A DNA stretch of 18,789 nucleotides from Octopus sinensis. Its lineage: Eukaryota. The stretch covers positions 1-18,789 of the forward strand of contig NW_021824428.1 in assembly GCF_006345805.1 (NCBI RefSeq), given 5' to 3'. The translations under genes were made by a program, and so were the position numbers. Below are positions 1-9,750 of this stretch, one piece after another (within the stretch, counting starts at the first letter, position 1; every line of letters begins with the position of its first letter). A model generated the notes under the pieces. The model saw only the letters and a list, made by a program, of their open reading frames with translations. It was not told where the DNA came from and made no database searches.

Positions 1-156
1 TTACATCACTGTAACTTAGTGGTTCGGCAAAAGGGAACGATAGAATAAGTACTAGGCTTACAAGAATAAGTCCCGGGGTCGATTTGCTCGACTAAAAGGC
101 GCTGCTCCAGCATGGCCGCAGTCAGATGACTGAAACAAGTAAAAGAATAAAAGAAT
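1..156 (+). mobile_element. SINE family B, 3' part (cut by window start)
   Basis: Same sequence as the family B copies at 2192-2820, 12163-12521 and 14865-15200 (taagtactaggcttac..gaataagtcc.ggggtcgattt..tcgact..aggcg.tgctccagcatggccgcagtc..atgactgaaacaa). Ends in an (aaaagaat)2 tail at 141-156. Confidence 0.85.
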
Positions 157-922
157 TTTTTAAAAAGCCAAAAATATCAGTCTGTTGGGAGTTAAGTGGG
201 GCTAACTTATTATAGAACTATATTTCTTTTCCTTTTGCTGAAGGAATTTAATTTCTGATGTTTTTATTAGCAATTAGATTTGACTCTTTTTATTTCATTA
301 AAGCGCTTGGTAATATTTCGATGCAAGTCTTGTGTCACTGCTGTGTACAGAAGTCTTGGATTTTATCTTCTTACTCTGAGAAACACGAAATTTATAGCTA
401 CCAGTATATCTTATTATACACCTTTCCTCAGCGTATATAACTGACACATGTTATGTACCTTATGTAATTTAATGACTGCGTTACCTTTAATGAATTTTTT
501 TTTTTTCATCCAAAGGAAAATCCTCTAAGAAAGGTGAAAGGAATTTTAAACTTTCATCAAGCTATCTGCAGTAAGTTGATGATAACAAAATCATAGCCGA
601 GGTGTGCAACGGTAATACACAACATCATAACCGAAAATACGATTTTTGCATCCTGTATAGCAATTCTCGCGATCAAATTATTAATGCTGTACACTTGATC
701 AGCGAGGAGATAAAATTGAAATACATCACTCGTCAAACGTCGTTTATATATTACAACTTCATGGTTTCACACTTTATGCCAGTATAACTTCACAGTATTG
801 TTTTTCACATGCACAGAATCACGCATTTTCCCCAGCAAAACCACTTTAAAATATTCTTCCATGAGTGTATGATGTAACACACTGGATTTGTTTCTTTCCA
901 CAAAACATTCCAGTAAACTAGA

Positions 923-987
923 GGTGCGTCTAATGCAACAGTGCATCTTACGCAAGAGTGCCTCTTACACGCCGGCAAATAACGGTA
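923..987. mobile_element. Single terminus of a Tc1/mariner-superfamily (Tc2/pogo-like) DNA transposon
   Basis: cttacacgccggcaaataacgg followed by TA (986-987) resembles CCGTATTT..CCGGCGTATAAG-type TIRs (from memory). It is preceded by three copies of a gtgcNtct(t/a)a motif at about 17-18 bp spacing (924, 941, 958). No partner end found. Confidence 0.4.
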
Positions 988-1009
988 TATGAGACCCTGT
1001 CGGGTGGAT

Positions 1010-1140
1010 TGTACTTGTAATTCAAATTTACAGCCTTGTCACACACACACACAGTGTCACGCTGACTCTGTCTGAGAATTGCGTTAAATATATAAATGTC
1101 TGGAATGCTCAGCCACTTATACGTTAATTCGGAAACAGGT
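1010..1140 (+). mobile_element. SINE family C, diverged 3' fragment
   Basis: Aligns to 4635-4765 (tgtacctgtaattcaaa...ccttgtcaca...gtgtcacgctga...gatgct.agccac...acgttaatt). Confidence 0.7.
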
Positions 1141-1188
1141 AATTCACTTGATCAAACAGCTGAATTCTCATCGTCGAACGGCGAAGTT

Positions 1189-1268
1189 CCACCACCACCA
1201 CCGCAACCACCACCACTGCAACTACAACCGCCACCACCAGCACAGCAACCACCACCATCGCCGCCACT
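1189..1268. repeat. Degenerate (CAC/CAA)n triplet repeat
   Basis: Visible triplet run. It accounts for the His-rich ORF 1148-1402. Confidence 0.85.
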
Positions 1269-1687
1269 ATAATATAATGGTGAAGCAGTTGATTCGATTA
1301 CTTACAGAACTGCAGGCAATTTTCATAGAAACTTCGAATTTGCCGAAAAGTCTTCTTTCATTCTACATTACCTCACTTGATTTGCTGGGTACAAGACAGT
1401 GAATCTCTTCTATCTTATTTTTGCTGTCTTCTACCCTAGTAAATGAAGTGAGGTAATGTATAAATGAAAGAAAGTCTACGGGGATATTTTTCCTCTTATT
1501 CGTTTAATGCAGTGGAAACTGGTGTTTGACTCCGGATATAGTTTCGTGATGTTTTACAATTTAGCGGGAAATGGTGTTTATAACTGAAAGCGAAATGTCA
1601 TTATTTAGAAAACAATTTCTTACACCTGCACACGGTCACACATTTGGAAGAAAGGTTATCGTCCATTTAATCGACTCTAAACATGTC

Positions 1688-1825
1688 GAAGGCGGCGAAA
1701 TGGCAGAGACGTTAAGGTATTGCAATAATCGAAGTTCAAATCACGCCGCCGATATCAAATTCTTCTTTTCACCATCTCGGGTCTAATAAAGTATCAGTGA
1801 AGTTCTTAGATTGGTTCCACCCCAC
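1688..1825 (+). mobile_element. SINE family A, heavily decayed
   Basis: Head gaaggcggcgaaatggcagagacgttaag, B-box-like aagttcaaatcac and a remnant of the central block (cttttcaccatctcgggtc..taataaagtatcagt). Confidence 0.55.

Positions 1826-1882
<57 letters not shown>
1826..1882. repeat. (CT)n microsatellite
   Basis: Direct inspection. Confidence 0.95.
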
Positions 1883-1884
<2 letters not shown>

Positions 1885-2191
1885 AATCTTTCAATCTCCG
1901 AATTGGTTATTCTGCGCTATGAGAGTTGATCGTGGAGACCACGCACGGAGCACCTCTCTCTCCAATTAAAACTAATATACTATTTATACTATTTCTGAAA
2001 CTGTCGAAAGAAGCAGATCTGTGGTTTGCAGTACGAAATAGAAACAAAGAAGATTACATGATTGCTGAGTATTTTACAAACCTCAGTGTTAAGTTTTTCG
2101 CCCTCATTTAAAAATGATAATAGGGATAAAAAGAGCAGCACCTGGCCAAAACAACAACTTCGAGAACAATCTATAAGAGGATAGCACTGGC

Positions 2192-2820
2192 TTTTATCCT
2201 TTACTTATTTCAGTCTTGATTGCGGCCATGCTGGGACACCGCCTTCAAAGGTTTTAATCGAACTAATCGCCCCCAGAATTGATATTTTAAGCCAGGTTCT
2301 TATTCTCTCGGTATCTTTTGGATGACTAAATTTCAGGGACGTAAACAAGCCAATACAGGTTTCCAAGCACAAACACAAAGGCACACACTCATAAATATAT
2401 ATACACATGTGTGTATGTATGTATGTGACGGGCTTCTTTCAGTTTCCATCTACCGAAACCGCTCACAAAGCCTTAATGGGCCTGGGAGTATGGTACAAGA
2501 TATTAAGGCGCCGAGCAGGAAGAAACATTAGCACTCTGTGCGAAATGCTTAGCCTTATTTCGTCTGTCTTTACGTTCTGAGTTCAGATTCCGCCGAGGTC
2601 AACTCTGACTTTCATCCTTTCAGGGTCGATAAGTGAAGTACCAGTTTCGTAGTGGGGTCGATCTAATTGACTGGAACCCTCCCCCAAAATTTCGGGCTTC
2701 GTGCCTAGAATAGAAAAGAATATAGTACAAGACACTCGCCCAAGGTGTCACGCAGAGAGACTAAACCCAGAATCATGCAGTTGGGAGGCAATCTTTTTAC
2801 CGCACAGTCCCGCCTGTGCT
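2192..2820 (-). mobile_element. SINE family B, near full length, interrupted by a family A SINE
   Basis: Tail at 2192-2365 matches 1-156. Internal CA/TA microsatellite at about 2368-2425. Body at 2426-2500 and 2721-2820 matches 12403-12521. Confidence 0.85.
2501..2720 (+). mobile_element. SINE family A, full length, nested, with 12-bp TSD
   Basis: Head aaggcgccgagcaggaagaaacattagcac, B-box-like gagttcagattcc and the shared central block. Flanked by tatggtacaaga (2489-2500) and tatagtacaaga (2721-2732), 11/12 identical. Confidence 0.9.
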
Positions 2821-3663
2821 GTCTATTAACATCACTAAAATAAAGATATAAAATATTGATGAATACCCGAGCAAGAATTACTTTGACTTAGTCAAATATC
2901 ATGTTTTGTTGCTTTTTGTCTCCTATGAATAACTTATGGCAACTGTCTATACTACTGGTCGAGAAGCCATTTCATGTATACTCACAAACGAAACATAAGT
3001 CAAACTGCCATCAGACAGATTCATCCAGATACGCGCGATACACGCATGCGCACACATGATATGTCATACAAATGAAAACACTGTTAATCGGTTCTTGACT
3101 AAAAGGAGAATACATAGTTTCAATTTGGTGCATAAAAACTACATAAAATGGAGCCAGCGATTCTCTTTTTCATCTGAAACAAATTTTTAAAAAATCAACT
3201 TCTATTCATTGGCAATGATAATGAGCTAAATAAAGGGTCGGATTCAATTCTTCAGTTCCTGTGAACAAAGCAGAAAATACATAAAGTGATATGAATGGAA
3301 TACATTTCTATACTACATATATATTACACAGCGACGTTCCTGGCTAATAATAAAAACATCCACAACGTATTGATACGTATTGGTACGTTGTGGGTTATAT
3401 GTATTGATAAATACATAATCAAAATTTTAGAACTCATACATACAACATATGAAATACAAAAAATAACACTTATATTCTGCAAGCCTATTACATACAATTT
3501 CAAAATGTCACTGAACATTCCCAAGGGACAGAGACACAGTTCTTTTGTGCCGTAAATCGCACGCTGAAAGACTACACTCATTAAGATTATTGGATAATAA
3601 AAATTATATAACGTTTATATATTTGTTTTGCAAGATTTTTGATGTGAAATCGTGTGTTGAAAC

Positions 3664-3702
3664 GTGAAGATATTGTATTTAGTGTGAAGATATTGTATTT
3701 AG
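3664..3702. repeat. 19-bp tandem duplication
   Basis: gtgaagatattgtatttag at 3664-3682 and 3684-3702. Confidence 0.9.
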
Positions 3703-3727
3703 GAATGGTCATTTTGCCAGTTTAGCC

Positions 3728-3756
3728 AATAATAATAATAATAATAATAATAATAA
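3728..3756. repeat. (AAT)n microsatellite
   Basis: Direct inspection. Confidence 0.95.
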
Positions 3757-4494
3757 GTAGGTGTAAACACATGAACAAACTAAAAATAAACAAAAACTAA
3801 TTACACGAACGTGTATAAACAGGGGACACAAATATTACTGGCACTCCCCCCCCCACACACACACACTAACTAAACATAGACACACATAGAGGTATACGAA
3901 TGCGCAAATGAAGACACATACAATAGGAATACAAAATACAAAATGGCTGACGGTTAATAGGGAGAGACACGCAAATAAGAAAGAAGAAAGCAAAGGACCA
4001 CTAATGAGGGCAAAGAAGTGTGACGAAAGAACTCTGGCCGAAGTAAGATTAAGATAAAGATTAACGTAAAAAATAAATAACGCTGAAGCAAAGTAACACC
4101 AAATATATAGTGCGTGTGTTTTTATTGGCTAAACAGGCAAAATGACCATTCCTGAATACAACAACAAAAATTATATTGATATCGGTTTGTTACATTGTTA
4201 GCAAAGGTAAGGAATATTTGACCAAACCTTCCTTCCAGCAAAGCTGCTCGAAAAGAACAAAGCTGCGTAGCTTTATATTTGTGCTTTTTAAAAGCGATTA
4301 GTCGCATATTTGAATATTCTCGAAGAATATTCATTCAAAATCAAGTGTACAATGGAACTGTTCCATGATTTAGACTTGAATTTCTAGTATAAGCCACATT
4401 TCACATGTGTGTGTGTGTATGTTCGAAAGAAGTAAACGAATTACGCCGTGGATGGTCTTCTCATGCTGTTTCTAAATCACTATACGTTTATAGT

Positions 4495-4820
4495 GAAGAC
4501 ACGTGGCTTAGTAGTTAAGGTTTTCAGTGCACGATCGGATAGTCGTGAGTTCAATTCCTGGCGATGCGTTGTGCCCTTGAGCAAAGCACTTCATTTCACG
4601 TTGTTCCAGTTCACTCAGATGGTAAAAATGAGTTGTACCTGTAATTCAAAAGGGCCAACCTTGTCACATCCTGTGTCACGCTGAATCTCCCTGATAACTG
4701 TGTTAAGGGCACACATGTTTATGGGATGCTAAGCCACGAGCACGTTAATTACACGAAAAGGTTGTTCCGTTGATCGCATCAGCTGGAAAGCCTCGTCGTC
4801 GTAACCGACGGAGTACCAGT
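4495..4820 (+). mobile_element. tRNA-derived SINE family C, near full length
   Basis: A-box-like tggcttagtagt (4504-4515) and B-box-like gagttcaattcc (4547-4558), then tgtgcccttgagcaaagcacttc (CORE/V-like, from memory). A second partial copy lies at 1010-1140. Confidence 0.8.
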
Positions 4821-4936
4821 TAATACGTTTATTATTATATTACGTCACTGCCAACATTGTGTGAGTGAAAGCCTTTCAATACACAGACAGTTGAGGACGG
4901 TGGGTTGGCAGATTCGCGAGAGCGTCGAACAAAATA

Positions 4937-5480
4937 TTTGGTTGTCCGGAAAGTTCGTGCTTACCTTTCGACTTATTTTAGAACATGGTTGAGTCCATAA
5001 AATAGGATTTGACTACACCTTTATTTAGAGCACAGTTTATGCTTTCTTTTCATGGAAGAAGGTTTATGTTCCTATAACCTGTGTTAATTCTGTAACCCTT
5101 TAAAATGGAAGATAAGAAAGTTCATTTTCGACACTTGATGCTTTGGGAACCAGACAAAAATTGCTGCAGCTCAGCTGGGATGTGTTACCCCACCCTTCAT
5201 ATTCACCAGATATTACTCCTTCGGATTTCCACTCATTCAGGTCCCTGCAAAATAGTCTTAACGGTAAAAATTTCAATTCATTGGATGACGTAAAAAGATG
5301 AATTCTTTGCCATGAAACCATCTCAATTCTGGGAAGAGAGTATTTTCAAGTTAAAGGAAAGATGGAGACGCAGTGTGCAACAAAATGGTTCATATTTGGT
5401 TGATTAAAAATGTAATGACAAGTATTTATTGACCTTTTTCTTACCTTTAAATATCGGCACGAACTTTCCGAACAACCCAA
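4937..5480 (+). mobile_element. Internally deleted mariner transposon (544 bp)
   Basis: 24-bp TIRs at 4937-4960 and 5457-5480 (22/24 identical) with TA on both sides (4935-36, 5481-82). Contains the transposase start and end. Confidence 0.93.
5105..5407 (+). pseudogene. Mariner transposase remnant (N-terminal 15 codons fused out of frame to the C-terminus)
   Basis: MEDKKVHFRHLMLWE (5105-5149), then in another frame TRQKLLQLSWDVLPHPSYSPDITPSDFHSFRSLQNSLNGKNF, which carries the mariner YSPDL-type motif. Ends ...KERWRRSVQQNGSYLVD* at 5407. Confidence 0.9.
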
Positions 5481-5504
5481 TACATTAAGGTACTTAATTA
5501 CAAA

Positions 5505-5640
5505 TCTTTACGTTCTGGGTTTACATATCACCGAGGTCAACGTCGTCTTTCATCTTTCTGAGGTCGATAAAATAAAGTACTACTGAAGCAGCGGGTTCGA
5601 TTTAATCGACAATGCTCCTCCCTCGAAACTTTTGCCCTGT
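5505..5640 (+). mobile_element. SINE family A, 5'-truncated and diverged
   Basis: tctttacgttctgggtt...ccgaggtcaac..tctttcatcttt..gaggtcgataaaataaagtac...ttcgatttaatcgac. Confidence 0.75.
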
Positions 5641-5889
5641 ACGTTTGTAAGATAATAAATACATAAATAATATAATGCAGGTTGCTGAGAAAGCCAATGG
5701 TTTCGTAATTAGCAGTTAATTATATATTCTTTGATGATCTTAAAAACTCAATTCAATGGCCACAATCTGCTACAGTCTCTTAACAAGCCAACAACTGAAT
5801 CTCATTGTGGTCGTTCAACTTCACAGAAATAAATACCAGATTTACTTTCATGGTGTATGTTGTCCGTGGGTGAATGCTAGTCATGCAAT

Positions 5890-5932
5890 AGAGAGAGAGA
5901 GGGGGAGAGATAGAGAGGAAGAGAGAGAGAGA
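5890..5932. repeat. (AG)n microsatellite
   Basis: Direct inspection. Confidence 0.9.
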
Positions 5933-6104
5933 CTTTCTCTTATCAATCATTTTCAAATTATCTTTAGCCTAATACTTTCTTTTCTATTTACTTGTTTATT
6001 ACATTCTTTGCAATACTATATCTTCACAAGTTAAGTTACATCAAAGAACATTCCTTTTTTTCTAGCGCATGAATCATTACTTATCGTTTCTAGTTCTATC
6101 GCTC

Positions 6105-6179
6105 CTTCTCTATCTCAATTTCTCTCACTCTCTCCATTTCTCTCTCATACATACATGCATACCTACATACATATATATG

Positions 6180-6216
<37 letters not shown>

Positions 6217-6238
6217 AGGTATGTTTGTATGTATATCC

Positions 6239-6279
<41 letters not shown>

Positions 6280-6379
6280 TGTGTGTAGTTATATAAATAC
6301 ACACATATGTATATACTAGAATTCATATAAATATACGTAACTATGTATATTTGAATTCATATATATATGTATATATATA

Positions 6380-6414
<35 letters not shown>

Positions 6415-6578
6415 ATGTATGTATATGTGTGTGTGAGTGTGTGTGTGTATGTGTGTGTGTGCATGTGTGTGTGTGTGCGTGTGTGTGTGTGTGTAAAAAT
6501 GTTTGTATACATATATATGTATACATGTATACATATAGATTTATACATACCTGCACACATTGAGAAAGAGAGAGAATG
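6105..6578. repeat. Compound microsatellite (CT, ATAC, AT, GT, GTAT, AG)
   Basis: Direct inspection. It accounts for the six overlapping ORFs at 6096-6595. Confidence 0.95.
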
Positions 6579-7564
6579 AGGCAGACACGTAACATTATAT
6601 AAAACTAATTTCCGATAATTATTTTTTCAATTCATTTCCCTTTTTTCTTCTCGTTTTTTTTTGTTTTGTTTTTTATTTTAGTTGCTTCATATTTTTTACT
6701 TACGTTTTTCTTATCCTTTTCTTTTCTTTTTTTTCTTTCCCCAAAAGTTGCTACACTATTGGAAATTGTATTAAAAAGCTGTCCAAGTGCTAAAGGGAGA
6801 TATTCAATTTGAAAACCTATTGCGATAAATGTTCGATAAATTTCGGGTATAAGTTAGTGAAAAGTGTGACTTTTAACAGGAGTTACTTTACGTAAAATAC
6901 TAATCATTGAAACCAGAATAAATGTGGTTTAGAAAACGATTAGTTTCATTGGTTGATATGGTCGACTATTCTCACTCAACAAGATTTCTTCATCTCCTGA
7001 CAACTAAAGAAAACAATTTATTTATTTCTTACCAGTTCTTCCTTTATTTTTTTTATGCGCAGAATTTTTGAAACGTTGCGATGCGGACCATTTTCGTAAG
7101 AAAAAATACATAAGTTACAATTTTTTAAAAATCTATGTTAACTATTGAACGTCTTATAAAACCTGTTTTTTTTTTTGTTGTTATAAATTAATTTTTTTTA
7201 TATACAAGTAAGCAACAGTTTTTTTCCTCATAAATTTTCTACATCTTTAACTTTAAAACAAAGTTGTTTTTTTAATGTTAAATGTAATGTAAATTTACAG
7301 GTTTGTAACGTCTATGCAATGGAAAGTACATAAATTTAAATACATCTTGCTATTCTCTTTGCACACAAACGAGCGAAGGGGATTGCTCCGATGGGTTTCA
7401 TGACTAGTTGGCCGCTCTTCAGCTTTTTTCCTTAACTTTCCTTGAGAAATCTATCAGTAAATGTTTTTATTCTCTTTTTTTTATTCTCTCATCTCAGTTA
7501 TATGACCAAATCAGAATGTCTGAGAACGATCACAGTAGTATGTTTACCAGTAAGGAGTAACGAA

Positions 7565-7920
7565 TCTCTCTCTATATATATATAAACCGCAAAATGTTTG
7601 TCTGTGTGTGTGTGTATCCTTTATACAAATCCACAATTCTATGGTCATTCAAAACCGTCCAAGGGTGGTCGAGCACATCTTTACATTTCCCCAGTCACCC
7701 TGCAAAGCCATTAAAAAATCAATACAAGTGACTTTTTTTGTGAATTTTCTATCCAAAACCCAATCAAAATGCCCGAAACTTGATACGCCAATTGAATGCT
7801 AGCTAGCTGTATGTGATTGGTCGGAGATTTGGACAGCACTCGCGTGTATGTGCGCACGCACGCATAGCTGTATATGCATGCACTAGCACTACGGCCCGGC
7901 AACGCGGGTCATAGTGCTAG
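7565..7920 (+). mobile_element. Non-autonomous Helitron (356 bp)
   Basis: 5' TC after A7564 (tctctctctatatatatataaa), 3' CTAG (7917-7920) before T7921. GC-rich hairpin ggcccggcaacgcgggtc (7893-7910) lies 6 nt upstream of CTAG. No TSD, as expected for Helitrons. Confidence 0.8.
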
Positions 7921-8306
7921 TCAAAGTTAAAACTCCACTGTATTTTAATTTTTTGAAATACTCTTGTACTTTTTATGGTTTTGTCAGGGGATGGATCAGT
8001 ACTTCTGATCTTTTTGCAAGAGTAAGGAAGAAGTTATCTGAAAACTGCAGACTTGACGGAAATGCATTCGATAAGGTGGACATTGTTAAAAGCACCTAGG
8101 AGTCAGTCGGTGGTATTTGGTGGGGAGGGTAACAGATAAATCCTTAGATCGATCGATCGATCTAACATGTTTCTAAACAGTCTCCGTCTCACAGCTTTCA
8201 CTCAGAGGTTACGAAAAATTGCACCCGCCTATGGTATGATGGCAATAGCATCGAACCCAAGTCTACGTAGTGTAAAGCGAATTTCATATCCACACAGCAA
8301 AATAAT

Positions 8307-8514
8307 CCTCTCAGCTATAGGAACAAGGCCTGACATTTTGGGGGAGGGTGCTAGTCGATTACATCGACCCCAGTGTTTCACTGGTACTTAATTTATCGAC
8401 CTTGAAAGGATAAAAGTCGACCTCGGCGGACTTTGAACTCAGAATGTAGCGCCATGTGAAATGCTGCTAGGTATTTCGTCCAGCGTGCTAACGATTCTGC
8501 CAGCTCGCTGCCCT
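8307..8514 (-). mobile_element. SINE family A, full length, with 16-bp TSD
   Basis: Reverse complement begins agggcagcgagctggcagaatcgttagcacgctggacgaaatac. Flanked by cacacagcaaaataat (8291-8306) and catacagcaaaataat (8515-8530), 15/16 identical. Confidence 0.92.
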
Positions 8515-8799
8515 CATACAGCAAAATAATAGTGGCATGACAATTTTCTATCCAGGTTTCCATAACTAATAAGTGTAGTTAGTTTATGGAAGACAAGTCG
8601 CTAATACAAGCAACCATCCCACAATGTATTCCCTTGACAGGGTCCAAGCGAAATGAAAGGTTTAACACGGCTTGTCACCGATGAGATCGCAAGCGCTGCC
8701 GTCAGAACCCATTGAGGCCAAAACAGATAAGATAAGGCAATCTCGTCCAGCACTTTATAATTCCGTTAATCCACTGCCCCAAACGAATAACCGGGCAAT

Positions 8800-8872
8800 G
8801 ATACTTAACCACCGAGGGTATGAAGGGTGAAGTTGGCCCAGGCCTAGGTCTGAACTCAGAACGCGGAGAGCC
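8800..8872 (-). mobile_element. SINE family A, very decayed fragment
   Basis: Reverse complement contains gcgttctgagttcagacc..ggccaacttcacccttcataccctcgg. Confidence 0.4.
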
Positions 8873-9021
8873 AACACTATTTTATAATATTCAATAACCA
8901 TTCGCAGAAAACTGCAGCAGATCAGTACGGGAATCGATTATTAGTATCAAGAGTGAGATCAGTGGATAGGTTCGTAGCAAAACATCGGTCAACGCTCGGA
9001 TTCCCAGGCAAACATGACTGT

Positions 9022-9217
9022 AATGTAGTAGTAGAAGTAGTAGAAGTAGTAGTTACAACAAATCGGTAGCAGTGGTAATGGTGATAGTAGTAGTAATAGT
9101 AGTAGCAGCAGCAGCGGCGGTGGAGCTGGTGGTAACGAAAAATCGGAAGCGGTGACGATGGTAGTAGTAGTAGTAGCAGCTGGTGGTAACAAAAAATCGG
9201 AAGCAGTGGCGATGGTG

Positions 9218-9263
<46 letters not shown>

Positions 9264-9470
9264 CAACAGTAGCAGTAGTAGTAGTACTAGTAGTAACAAA
9301 ATCAAGTTGGTAGCGTAGGCGGTGGTGGGGTGGGGTAGGGGGTGGTGACGGTGTGACGGTACCAGTGGTGGCAGTGGTTGTAAAGTTGGTTGTACTAGAA
9401 GTGGCAACCACAACAACAACAACCACAATTACAGCAACTACAACAGCACCAACATTTGTTGTTGTTGCCA
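9022..9470. repeat. Triplet low-complexity tract (GTA/GTG/GCA, then CAA) with embedded 39-bp repeats
   Basis: Direct inspection. It accounts for ORFs 8922-9428 and 8989-9471. Confidence 0.9.
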
Positions 9471-9544
9471 ATGATCAGCCTACTCAAGGTGTGATTAGTT
9501 TATCTTGTCGTCAGACATAGGTTATCAAGGAGTACAACTTCTTA

Positions 9545-9650
9545 TGTGTACTTTTTCTTTTCGGCCGGTCGGGTGTGATTTGTGGAGGAACCTGACTGCT
9601 ATTTCTAGCAGTTCAAGTGACCACATATAGGTTCCCTCCTTGGCTATCTA
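9545..9650. repeat. Short interspersed repeat (family E), second decayed copy at about 9845-9885
   Basis: tgactgctatttctagc is identical at 9593-9609 and 9850-9866, and both are followed by tgacca a few bases later. Confidence 0.5.
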
Positions 9651-9665
9651 GAATTTAGTTCCTTT

Positions 9666-9750
9666 TGTTGTTGTTGTTGTTATTTTAACCACAAGTCAGT
9701 CCAAATTGAGCAGACCTATGATCAAAAGCACTCGGACCATGACCATCCCA
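9666..9750 (-). mobile_element. Short retroelement 3' end with (AAC)n tail (family D)
   Basis: Reverse complement reads gggatggtcatggtccgagtgcttttgatcataggtctgctc..ggttaaaataacaacaacaac. Related copies at 10820, 11458 and 12019. Confidence 0.6.

Noticed and set aside
258-3581. Short ORFs of 60-92 aa in the track (258, 602, 767, 1571, 1926, 3295, 3324)
   Set aside because: Lengths are expected by chance, with no recognisable motifs. Several run through SINEs or simple repeats.
4137-4206. Plus-strand AG...AAG|GTAAGG exon-like segment
   Set aside because: All three frames contain stops. A non-coding exon cannot be supported without RNA data.
4495-4560. tRNA gene
   Set aside because: A and B boxes are present, but they continue into a SINE body found twice in the window and I could not form a cloverleaf.
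6096-6595. His/Thr/Val/Cys-rich ORFs on both strands (also 17406-17997 and 18291-18728)
   Set aside because: These are translations of dinucleotide and tetranucleotide microsatellites.
7988-8021. Possible 34-nt plus-strand micro-exon (ttttgtcag|...aga|gtaagg)
   Set aside because: The splice signals look reasonable, but such pairs are frequent in AT-rich DNA. The peptide is unrecognised and has no supported partner exon.
9124-9216. CRISPR-like repeat-spacer appearance
   Set aside because: The context is eukaryotic, only two good repeats exist, the spacers are microsatellite and there are no cas genes.
9321-9345. G-quadruplex candidate
   Set aside because: Only three runs of three or more G are present, so the canonical four-run pattern is not met.
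8922-9471. The two longest ORFs in the track (168 and 160 aa), mucin-like or poly-Leu
   Set aside because: Triplet repeats lack stops in some frames by construction, and no unique coding domain is present.
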